DNA of 26,678 nt from a virus (Duplodnaviria; Caudoviricetes), in IMG/VR virus record IMGVR_UViG_3300032329_000616, positions 1-26,678 of that record; one strand, 5' to 3'. A program made the translations under genes and the position numbers. Shown one piece after another: positions 19,055 through 26,678 of the stretch. The notes beneath the pieces are model-generated. The model had not been told where the DNA came from, ran no database searches, and saw nothing but the letters and a program-made list of their open reading frames with translations. Positions within the stretch are counted from its first letter, which is position 1. Every line of letters begins with the position of its first letter.

Positions 19055-19354
19055 ATGCCAACTAATACAGGATCATATAGTCTATCATTTCAAAATGAAC
19101 ATATCATTTATGAAAATGAAGTACGCTGTATTGTAAAAGAAAGTGAATATAATTTATCATATAACCCTTCTTTACAATCAGATAATAGTGGTTCATTATA
19201 TGGATTTGCAACTAGTGCTTCTTTTAATCCATATGTTACAACAATAGGATTATACAATGATGAAAATGATTTATTAATGGTAGCTAAATTAGCTAAACCA
19301 ATAATGATATCACCTAATACTGATATGACATTTATTGTCAAATACGATACATAA
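19055..19354 (+). CDS. Stand-alone C-terminal wedge/collar domain
   Basis: SEYNLSYNPS...YVTTIGLYNDENDLLMVAKLAKP aligns by eye with the C-terminus of 16892-17866. Confidence 0.75.
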   Translation: MPTNTGSYSLSFQNEHIIYENEVRCIVKESEYNLSYNPSLQSDNSGSLYGFATSASFNPYVTTIGLYNDENDLLMVAKLAKPIMISPNTDMTFIVKYDT

Positions 19355-19364
19355 AAATAATAAT

Positions 19365-19826
19365 ATGAATTGGTTACATTACGAAGATGATGGTTCTGAA
19401 GTTGAATTAAATGATAATTTTGATATTGATGGTTGTTTTGGATTTGTATATAAAGTTACAAACACGGAAACAGGAAAAATATATATTGGTAAAAAATCAT
19501 TCTTTCATAATAAAAAGAAAAAACTTACTAAAAAAGAATTAGCGGAACAACCCGTAACACGTGGTCGTAAATTAACTACTAAAGTTGAACAAGTCGATAG
19601 TGGTTGGCGTGATTATTATGGTTCATCTAAAGAACTAATAGCTGATATTAAGTTGCTAGGCAAAGATAAATTTCATAGAATTATATTAGATTTTTGTGAT
19701 ACTAAAAAGCAACTAACATACTCAGAAATATTTCATCAAATGCTCCACCGTGTATTATTCATTGATAGCTATAACGATAATATCTTAGGTAAATTCTACC
19801 GTAGAGATTTTGTTGAGGCAGAATAA
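19365..19826 (+). CDS. GIY-YIG (Seg-like) endonuclease family protein (start revised from 19335)
   Basis: GFVYKVTN...GKIYIGKK...WRDYYGSS...E...YN. ATG 19365 avoids the overlap. Confidence 0.8.
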   Translation: MNWLHYEDDGSEVELNDNFDIDGCFGFVYKVTNTETGKIYIGKKSFFHNKKKKLTKKELAEQPVTRGRKLTTKVEQVDSGWRDYYGSSKELIADIKLLGKDKFHRIILDFCDTKKQLTYSEIFHQMLHRVLFIDSYNDNILGKFYRRDFVEAE

Positions 19827-19840
19827 TCTTCTTATATTAA
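19809..19840 (+). promoter_or_regulatory. Putative host-sigma (-33/-7-like) promoter for primase
   Basis: TTTG-N20-TATATTAA ending 4 nt before ATG 19845. Confidence 0.5.
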
Positions 19841-19844
19841 CAGC

Positions 19845-20786
19845 ATGGAAAATGCTGCTCTCTTAATTTTATTGGAGTCCGTTTTAGGTAAAGGACAAAA
19901 AACAAGTAAAGGTAATTATTCCTTTAAGTGTCCGTTCTGCTCACACCATAAAAATAAAATGGAAATTAATTCCATTACTACTGCTAAAAAAGAAAATCCA
20001 TGGCATTGCTGGGTATGTGAAGCTAAAGGTAAAACAATTAAATCATTATTTAAACAAATTAAGGTACCTGATAATAAATTAGCAGAGCTAAATATGATTG
20101 TCGTACCGAGTAAAAATGAACAGATTGTAACTAGTACATTACTAGAATTACCTAAAGAATTTATCTCACTATTCGATATAACTCAATTAGATAGACTAAC
20201 ACAAATTGAAGCTAAACATGCTTTAAAATTTCTACGTAAACGCGGTTTAACATTAGATGATATTGTTAAATACAATATTGGATTCTGCAAAGACGGAAAA
20301 TATGGACAGCGTGTAATTATTCCATCATACGATGAATTTGGGTCCCTAAATTATTTTATAGCGCGCGATTATACTGAACAACAGCCTCAAAAATATAAGA
20401 ATCCACCTGTTGACGCTAAATCGGCAATTGGTTGGGAATTATATATAAATTGGGATGCTCCTATTATACTTGTTGAAGGTATGTTTGATGCATTAACAAT
20501 TAAACGTAATGTTATACCACTATTCGGTAAATTAATTCATGAGAAACTAATGAAAAAGTTAGTTGCCTCTAGCGTTAATAGAATATATATTGCACTTGAT
20601 CCTGATGCTATTAAAAATGCACTTAAATACTGTGAACAACTAATGGCTTATGGTAAAGAAATGTACTTGGTAGAATTAACAGGTAAAGATGCAAATGAAA
20701 TTGGATTTGAGCAATTTTTAAATACAATTGAAAATACCCAACCTCTGAATTTCCAGAGCTTACTAATGAAAAAAATTAACCAATGA
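19845..20786 (+). CDS. DNA primase (Zn finger + TOPRIM, DnaG-like)
   Basis: CPFC...HCWVC; RVIIP; KYKNP; ILVEGMFDA; IALDPDA; GKDANE. Confidence 0.92.
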   Translation: MENAALLILLESVLGKGQKTSKGNYSFKCPFCSHHKNKMEINSITTAKKENPWHCWVCEAKGKTIKSLFKQIKVPDNKLAELNMIVVPSKNEQIVTSTLLELPKEFISLFDITQLDRLTQIEAKHALKFLRKRGLTLDDIVKYNIGFCKDGKYGQRVIIPSYDEFGSLNYFIARDYTEQQPQKYKNPPVDAKSAIGWELYINWDAPIILVEGMFDALTIKRNVIPLFGKLIHEKLMKKLVASSVNRIYIALDPDAIKNALKYCEQLMAYGKEMYLVELTGKDANEIGFEQFLNTIENTQPLNFQSLLMKKINQ

Positions 20787-21565
20787 TAGACAGAAATGCA
20801 AATGTCATAAAAGACAATAAAATAAAGCGTATTGTAGAGTACAGTGCGGACAATAAACAAATAAACGTATTAGATCAACGTTTTTATAGACGTAATGATG
20901 AATATTATCCTTCTGTTAGTAGTATATTAAACTACTTCCCCAAAAATCAGTTCTTTCATTCTTGGCTTAAAGATGTAGGACATAATGCCGATATTATTGC
21001 TTCTAAAGCAGCGGCTGAAGGTACACAAGTTCACAACGCAATTGAAGACTTTTTAAACGGCAAAGAAATAGAATGGTTAGACGAGTACGGAACAGCTAAA
21101 TATTCATTAGACGTTTGGAAGATGATCCTTAAATTCGCAGATTTTTGGAATACACATAAACCAGAGTTAGTAGCTACAGAATACCATTTATTTTCAGATG
21201 CTCACAAATATGCAGGTACAAATGATATAGTTTGTCGTCTTAATGGCAAATTATGGTTAATTGATATTAAAACATCAAATTCATTACATACCAGTTACGA
21301 TCTACAATTAGCAGCATATGCTAAAGCATGGGGTGAAACACATAATGAACAAATTGAAGAAACCGGTATACTATGGTTAAAAGCAGCTACACGTGGCACA
21401 GCTAAAGATAAAGTGCAAGGTGCTGGATGGCAACTTAAAACAATTAGTGACATTGATAATAATTTTCAAATGTTTTTAAAGATATACGATGTATATAAGC
21501 TTGAAAATCCTGATGCTAAACCACATACTGAAACATTGCCTACCACGATTAAGCTAAATAGTTAA
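20783..21565 (+). CDS. PD-(D/E)XK (RecB/Cas4-like) exonuclease
   Basis: YPSVSSIL; EGTQVH; E...YAGTND; LIDIKTS; QLAAYA; ATGA overlap with primase. Confidence 0.88.
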   Translation: MIDRNANVIKDNKIKRIVEYSADNKQINVLDQRFYRRNDEYYPSVSSILNYFPKNQFFHSWLKDVGHNADIIASKAAAEGTQVHNAIEDFLNGKEIEWLDEYGTAKYSLDVWKMILKFADFWNTHKPELVATEYHLFSDAHKYAGTNDIVCRLNGKLWLIDIKTSNSLHTSYDLQLAAYAKAWGETHNEQIEETGILWLKAATRGTAKDKVQGAGWQLKTISDIDNNFQMFLKIYDVYKLENPDAKPHTETLPTTIKLNS

Positions 21566-21574
21566 ATATTTATT
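21566..21574 (+). promoter_or_regulatory. Putative late promoter motif ATATTTATW
   Basis: ATATTTATT immediately after the nuclease stop, 19 nt before ATG 21594. Confidence 0.55.
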
Positions 21575-21593
21575 GATATATTATCTATAAATT

Positions 21594-23102
21594 ATGGCAA
21601 TTTTTGACAAACAATGGTGGACCGAAGCGTTACAACTACACGAATCTCCCCCAATAGAATTTGAAACAGACGATTACGAAGCATACGTTAATCAACATAG
21701 GGATGTAATAGAAAAAGCAGCCGCTGTATTTAATCTACCCATTCCAGATATGATGTTAGCATTTGTTGGGGGAGAAGAAGTAGTACTATCTGATGATATA
21801 TGGTCTAAATTAGAAAATAGTAAATCATATAAAATAAAATCCTTAGATGATGCTATTCAATACTCCTTAAAAAAAGGTATTGATCCTAAACCATATATAG
21901 ATTTTATTAAAGAAGGTAAAGTATTACCTTTACCTATGGTATTATGTTATGGACAAGATAAGTATTATTTAGTAGGGGGTGAAGTTATTTTATCATTATA
22001 TAAAGCATTAGGAGCAATACCTACTGTATTACAGGGTACATTGAATTTACAAACTAAACAATTACATCAGCCTACTTCTCTTGGAGAAGATTTAAATAGT
22101 ATAAAAGAAACACACGCTGATATAGTAAAAACATTTGTTGAATTTGCTGTTAAAGAATTAGGATTACAAACACCACCAACAGATATAACTTTATCATACG
22201 ATACGGACCAAGCTAAAAATGACCATTCATTTGGACATTTTGATCCATCAAATGGTAAAATATGGGTGTATGTTAAAGATAGAAATACAGCTGATTTTTT
22301 AAGAACATTAGCTCATGAATTAGTACATCGTAAACAAGCTGAAGATAATAGACTAGAACCAAATAGCGGTGAAACAGGTAGTGATATTGAGAATGAAGCA
22401 AATGCTCAAGCTGGTGTATTATTAAGAAAATTTGGTAAGCAACACGAAGATATATACGAGACTTTAAAAGAGGGAATGTATGGCGATTATTTATTTGGTG
22501 ATCAAAAATCTGGAGTAGCTATAGGATGGTATCCTGAAGAAAAAGAAGAAGATACTCCGGCTGAACAAGCATTATTTGATTTACTAAAACAATATGCTGA
22601 TTCTGAAGCAGAAACATATTCTACTATTAACTTAGATTCTTTAGTCCCTACATTTAAAAAATTAAAAAAACAATACCCAGATATAGCTACAGCAGATGTA
22701 AGTGGAGACACATACATTTATAGAGGTACAGCTATACCTGAAGATAAAATAGCAGAATTAGAAACAAATTCTGAAACAGAATCCTTCAATCAGGGTGTTA
22801 TAATTCCAAATCAAACATATAGTTCAAGACGCAAAGTACAATCATGGAGTACTAACTATTTTAACGCAGCTACATTTGCTATGAGTACAGCTGAACGTAA
22901 AGGAGGAATACCCGTAGTAATGAGAACTAAAGCAAGCAACGCTGAGTTATTTTTTAATCCAAAATTCATGGATAAATTAAGTACTCAACTAGAAGACGAA
23001 ACATTTAACATTACTAATCCTATACCAGTAGATATGATGGTAATAGAAGAATATAGAGACGAATTTGAAGATATAGAATCAGGTTATTTACACACAAAAT
23101 AA
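21594..23102 (+). CDS. Polyvalent protein: degenerate ParB/Srx-like + HExxH zincin metallopeptidase + ADP-ribosyltransferase-like domain
   Basis: LPMVL...YYLVGG; RTLAHELVH (22314-22328) with downstream ENEA; YRG (22719), SWST (22842) and EDE (22992) forming an R-S-E triad. Confidence 0.72.
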   Translation: MAIFDKQWWTEALQLHESPPIEFETDDYEAYVNQHRDVIEKAAAVFNLPIPDMMLAFVGGEEVVLSDDIWSKLENSKSYKIKSLDDAIQYSLKKGIDPKPYIDFIKEGKVLPLPMVLCYGQDKYYLVGGEVILSLYKALGAIPTVLQGTLNLQTKQLHQPTSLGEDLNSIKETHADIVKTFVEFAVKELGLQTPPTDITLSYDTDQAKNDHSFGHFDPSNGKIWVYVKDRNTADFLRTLAHELVHRKQAEDNRLEPNSGETGSDIENEANAQAGVLLRKFGKQHEDIYETLKEGMYGDYLFGDQKSGVAIGWYPEEKEEDTPAEQALFDLLKQYADSEAETYSTINLDSLVPTFKKLKKQYPDIATADVSGDTYIYRGTAIPEDKIAELETNSETESFNQGVIIPNQTYSSRRKVQSWSTNYFNAATFAMSTAERKGGIPVVMRTKASNAELFFNPKFMDKLSTQLEDETFNITNPIPVDMMVIEEYRDEFEDIESGYLHTK

Positions 23103-23111
23103 AATAAAGTT

Positions 23112-23690
23112 ATGAGCGATAATTTGCTTAAAAAAGAATTTAAAACGCGTGACGTACAACGTATGCGTAATATTATTACCAAAAAATCAGGTGATAAAAC
23201 GGGTGTACAAATTGGATATACTGCTGAATATGTTGAACGCAAAGAAGGTGATGTATGGGAAGTAGATGGTAAACAATGGACTATTAAAAATGGTATTAAG
23301 CAAACTACTACTAAATTAGACGGTATTAGAAAACGTATTAATATGCCATTAACGTGTCCTAAATGTAAACAGGCAATGACTAATCGTTTAGATAAAGTAA
23401 TGTATCCTATACATAGTACTTGTTTTGATTGTGTTGTTACATATGAAACTGAATTGAAACGTTTAGGTAAATTTGAAGAGTATCAATTAAATATGAATAA
23501 ACAGGGTTTATCATATCATTTAAAAGAAATGGAAAGTGTGTTACTTGAATTATTAATGAATAATAGTGGTGAACAATATGTTACTGAAGCTGGAGATATT
23601 GAGGAATGGAAAGGTAAAAGTTTAGATAATCAATTTATAAAGGATATACAAGAATATATTCAAAAAATTAAAGATACATTAAACTCTTAA
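23112..23690 (+). CDS. Hypothetical Zn-finger protein
   Basis: CPKC...CFDC; KEGDVWE.DGKQWTIKNG motif. Confidence 0.75.
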   Translation: MSDNLLKKEFKTRDVQRMRNIITKKSGDKTGVQIGYTAEYVERKEGDVWEVDGKQWTIKNGIKQTTTKLDGIRKRINMPLTCPKCKQAMTNRLDKVMYPIHSTCFDCVVTYETELKRLGKFEEYQLNMNKQGLSYHLKEMESVLLELLMNNSGEQYVTEAGDIEEWKGKSLDNQFIKDIQEYIQKIKDTLNS

Positions 23691-23698
23691 TATTTATT
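23690..23698 (+). promoter_or_regulatory. Putative late promoter motif ATATTTATW
   Basis: ATATTTATT 11 nt before ATG 23710. Confidence 0.55.
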
Positions 23699-23709
23699 AG
23701 TAAATATAC

Positions 23710-23949
23710 ATGTTTAAATTAATAGATCTACTAGAAGATAAACAACCAGAACCACTTCAGTTTCCAGATGGTTTTAAACCAGCTAAAAAGGTACCTGAAG
23801 GTGGTGCAATGTGTGCTAATTGTGCTAAATGGAATAAAGAAACACAATTATGTGAAGGTCAATATTATATTGATTGGAACGGAAACGGCGAAATACCAAC
23901 TGAACCAACTAAATATGTTTGTATTTGGTGGGTACCTCAAAATAAATAA
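23710..23949 (+). CDS. Small four-Cys protein, HiPIP-like
   Basis: CANCAKW-x6-C-x22-CIWW spacing resembles high-potential iron-sulfur proteins; leader MFKLIDLLE. Confidence 0.5.
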   Translation: MFKLIDLLEDKQPEPLQFPDGFKPAKKVPEGGAMCANCAKWNKETQLCEGQYYIDWNGNGEIPTEPTKYVCIWWVPQNK

Positions 23950-23951
23950 TA

Positions 23952-24752
23952 ATGATTAAATTATCCGAAATACTAAATGAAAAATCGCCATGCTGGAAGG
24001 GCTATAAGCAAATAGGCATGAAAGAAAAAGACGGTAAACAAGTACCAAACTGTGTTCCTATTAAAGAAGAATTAAATGAAAATGAAATAGATTATTATAT
24101 AGATAAAAACGGAAATAGACTTCAAGTTATTGACGCAAACTATCTACAATACCCAGGCCACGTAGTAGTAAAATACGATAACGGCGAACCAGTAGAATAT
24201 AAAGGTAATTTTGAAGCAGATTTAAAAACAGGTATTATTAAGCGCTTAGATAGTGAAATTAATGAAGCATTTTTTATTGGTGAAGATAAAACTATTGAAT
24301 GTGAAAAATGTGGATGGAGATGGAAATTAAAAGATGGTGGGGCTAATCCATATCTTTGCCATAAATGTAATTATGATAATAGCTACAGATACAATGGTGA
24401 AATAGATGAATATGATGTTGATGAAGATAATATAGATGAAGTAAAAGATTTTATTAAGTTTATAAAAGAATATAAACAATACTTATCTGAAGCATCATGT
24501 GATTGTATAATGGAAGCTGAATATCATGGCCGTAAAGTAGCGTTAGGTAAACCAATGCAGGGTGATATTAAGAAATTTAAAGTATACGTTAAAAATAACA
24601 AAGGTAAAGTTGTAAAGGTTAATTTTGGGGCACACGGAATGAATATTAAACGTAATAATCCAAAACGCCGTAACGCATACCGTAAAAGACATCACTGTGA
24701 TAAACCAGGACCACGCTGGAAAGCTAATTATTGGTCTTGTAGAAAATGGTAA
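23952..24752 (+). CDS. Modular phage protein (CWKGY..VPNCVP module, Zn ribbon, basic C-terminal ..FG..R..Y..RH.C..YWSC domain)
   Basis: Modules visible directly. The first and last are motifs I recognise from T4-like aquatic phage hypothetical proteins. Leader MIKLSEILNE. Confidence 0.75.
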   Translation: MIKLSEILNEKSPCWKGYKQIGMKEKDGKQVPNCVPIKEELNENEIDYYIDKNGNRLQVIDANYLQYPGHVVVKYDNGEPVEYKGNFEADLKTGIIKRLDSEINEAFFIGEDKTIECEKCGWRWKLKDGGANPYLCHKCNYDNSYRYNGEIDEYDVDEDNIDEVKDFIKFIKEYKQYLSEASCDCIMEAEYHGRKVALGKPMQGDIKKFKVYVKNNKGKVVKVNFGAHGMNIKRNNPKRRNAYRKRHHCDKPGPRWKANYWSCRKW

Positions 24753-24758
24753 AATAAT

Positions 24759-26678
24759 ATGACCCCGATTAACAAATTTATACTACACGTAGTACACAAT
24801 TGGACAAATGAGTTAAATGAAGCTTATACTGAAAAAGCTGTAAGTGACTTTATTAAGAAATTTAGCGAAGAAGCTGATGATCTTAATATAGCTATATCAG
24901 AACCTCAATTAAGAAAATATATTGAGCGCTTTGATACAATAAAAAATTCACCTAAAATTACTGAAAAAGATTTAAATAAATGGTCTTTATCTAAATTAAT
25001 TAGATTAGTTACCTCTACTAAAGGAGCCGAAGTTCCTGAAGAAATAGAAACTACCCCTGACGTTGTATACAACCAGGATGGCTTAGTTATATATAATGGT
25101 TCTAAAGAAGGAAACTGTTTAACTTATGGTAGAGGTGAAAGTTGGTGTATTACTAGAGGATCCTTTGGTAACTATCGCTACGATGCAGGTAGAAAAAATC
25201 CAACATTTTATTTAGTAAAAGATAATAATTTATCTGATAGTGACCGCAAAAGTTTCTTTGTTGTTGTAGTAGGCAGTGATAATACATATAAAGTATCAGA
25301 CAGATCAAATAATGATGTCGGTGGTAGAGGTACAGAATGGGAAAGATGGGAATCATGGCCATTTGTTGAACAAAATTTCCCATCAGTTAGAGGATTAAGA
25401 AGCACATTTAAATATATTCCTCTATCGTCTGCAGAAAAAATGAATCAGTCCTATAAAAATAGTGCTATTCCTATTAGGGAATTTATAAAATTTCCTTATT
25501 CTGTTAAAGAACAATACTTAGTTGTTAGAAAAGGTAAAGAATTATTTAAAGATGTTAGTACAAATGAATTTGTTGAAAAATATCTTCCTCAATATCCACA
25601 ATTAGCTACATTTATTTCAACTAATGCTGGTATTATACCTAATGAAATTTTAATAAAACATTTAGATAAGTTTTCTAATCAAGATACAAGATCTATTGTA
25701 TCTAATATGAGAGAGAAAGTTAAAATTGACCTTCTATCTTCTGAAACTGTTCCATTTGATGTTAAAAAGTTATTAATATTAGTAGATAAATGGGATGTAC
25801 CATCTAATGAAAGATTATATACTACTAAAGATGGTAATGCTATTGTTAAATTAAAATTTGGAGATGAAATATCTGTAGGTGTATATACGGCAGAAGATGA
25901 TTATCCAAACATTAAATTAAATCAACGTACAGCAAAATATTTACTTGATTATCCTAAATTAGATGAATTACCATTTAATAGTTTACTTAAATTAGCTGCT
26001 GATGGTGTTGTAAATAAAGAATTTATTACTAAAGTTATTGAGAAAGCTAAATCAGAAGAAAATTCAGCTATTATAGTTAAAAAAGCAGAAGATGGTGAAA
26101 TATTAGTTGATGCTAATTCATTCTCATCATATAAAATAAAAGATGGTAATATAACTAAAATACCATTTACTGATGAAGAAGTACAAACAGCTTTAGGTGA
26201 AGAAAAAGATAATACTGCTTTTCAACAAGGCGCTGTTAATATAGTCAAACAATCATTAGAAGACTATGAAAATATTTCTCCAACTATTGATAAAGATGCC
26301 TTTGTATCTATTGTAAAGTCAACTCCATATGACAGGAGAACATTTACCACTAGTAATACAAACGGACAACAAATACTTCTTGTACCTGATGGAGAAAGTA
26401 GATTTGCTCTATTTACAAGAAATACACAAGAATTGTATAACTTCTCTACTGACCAGGACTATGGTAATAGAGGTGATTGGAGAGTAAGAGATAATAGTGA
26501 TTGGATGGATGAAGGAGCATGGAGATCATATTTCACTTACTTAAGAAATGAAAATAAGTTTTATGAAGGAAGTAGATTACAACAGTGGTTTAGAGGAGCA
26601 TATACTAATCAAGAATGTCGTAAAGCATGGTTTAAAGCTAATCCACCACTTTCACCAACAGATCAATATGCTGTTGCC
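24759..26678 (+). CDS. Large protein, 3'-truncated (at least 640 aa), with PcfJ-like 'C..YG.G..WC' domain; missing from the ORF track
   Basis: ATG 24759 gives MTPINKFILHVVHNWTNELNEAYTEK...NCLTYGRGESWCITRG...YRY...TFYLV. The same frame reads NPPLSPTDQYAVA at the window end. Absence from the track is consistent with no stop codon. Confidence 0.8.
   Translation, partial: MTPINKFILHVVHNWTNELNEAYTEKAVSDFIKKFSEEADDLNIAISEPQLRKYIERFDTIKNSPKITEKDLNKWSLSKLIRLVTSTKGAEVPEEIETTPDVVYNQDGLVIYNGSKEGNCLTYGRGESWCITRGSFGNYRYDAGRKNPTFYLVKDNNLSDSDRKSFFVVVVGSDNTYKVSDRSNNDVGGRGTEWERWESWPFVEQNFPSVRGLRSTFKYIPLSSAEKMNQSYKNSAIPIREFIKFPYSVKEQYLVVRKGKELFKDVSTNEFVEKYLPQYPQLATFISTNAGIIPNEILIKHLDKFSNQDTRSIVSNMREKVKIDLLSSETVPFDVKKLLILVDKWDVPSNERLYTTKDGNAIVKLKFGDEISVGVYTAEDDYPNIKLNQRTAKYLLDYPKLDELPFNSLLKLAADGVVNKEFITKVIEKAKSEENSAIIVKKAEDGEILVDANSFSSYKIKDGNITKIPFTDEEVQTALGEEKDNTAFQQGAVNIVKQSLEDYENISPTIDKDAFVSIVKSTPYDRRTFTTSNTNGQQILLVPDGESRFALFTRNTQELYNFSTDQDYGNRGDWRVRDNSDWMDEGAWRSYFTYLRNENKFYEGSRLQQWFRGAYTNQECRKAWFKANPPLSPTDQYAVA

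Noticed and set aside
19040-19057. Stop-codon readthrough or recoding joining the split structural gene
   Set aside because: Two in-frame TAA codons (TAA AAC TAA). TAA, TAG and TGA all end genes elsewhere, so there is no sign of an alternative genetic code.
4657-19354. Bacterial eCIS/T6SS/tailocin locus
   Set aside because: Flanked by phage sigma factor, primase and nucleases with no host housekeeping genes; a phage genome is the simpler explanation.
19365-19826. Intron-encoded homing endonuclease
   Set aside because: Free-standing between complete genes, with no room for group I intron structure.
20783-21565. Cas4/CRISPR system
   Set aside because: No Fe-S cysteine cluster, no other cas genes and no repeat-spacer array; the nuclease is coupled to primase, a replication context.
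5592-25405. Minus-strand ORFs (5592, 8650, 16674, 19108, 20648, 22502, 25153, 25208) and 23768-23959(+)
   Set aside because: Shadow frames inside or across well-supported + strand genes.

Overview
AT-rich, gene-dense window with all credible genes on the + strand. It most likely comes from a large contractile-tailed (T4-like/jumbo-type) bacteriophage. A Bacteroidota host is suggested by the lack of Shine-Dalgarno leaders, TTTG-N20-TAnnTT promoter-like sites and a signal peptide followed by Gln. Order, left to right: small early-type ORFs; a GC-rich structured non-coding island (~536-905); small ORFs including a T5orf172 GIY-YIG protein; a gp55-like late sigma factor; a ~15 kb baseplate/tail module (gp5-like spike, gp25, gp6, gp7-like, three related collar/wedge proteins); a Seg-like GIY-YIG protein, DNA primase and PD-(D/E)XK nuclease; then a cluster of modular proteins. 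The domains in that last cluster (degenerate ParB-like, HExxH peptidase, ADP-ribosyltransferase, HiPIP-like, Zn ribbons, PcfJ-like) are separated by (L/I)-x-E motifs resembling prohead-protease sites. Main leads: (1) a putative capsid-packaged, protease-processed effector polyprotein system; (2) a two-tier promoter cascade whose late motif, ATATTTATW, is the T4 late promoter inverted; (3) the GC-rich island; (4) [ST]-[GA]-S enrichment in virion proteins. All family calls come from motif recognition by eye; no searches were run.
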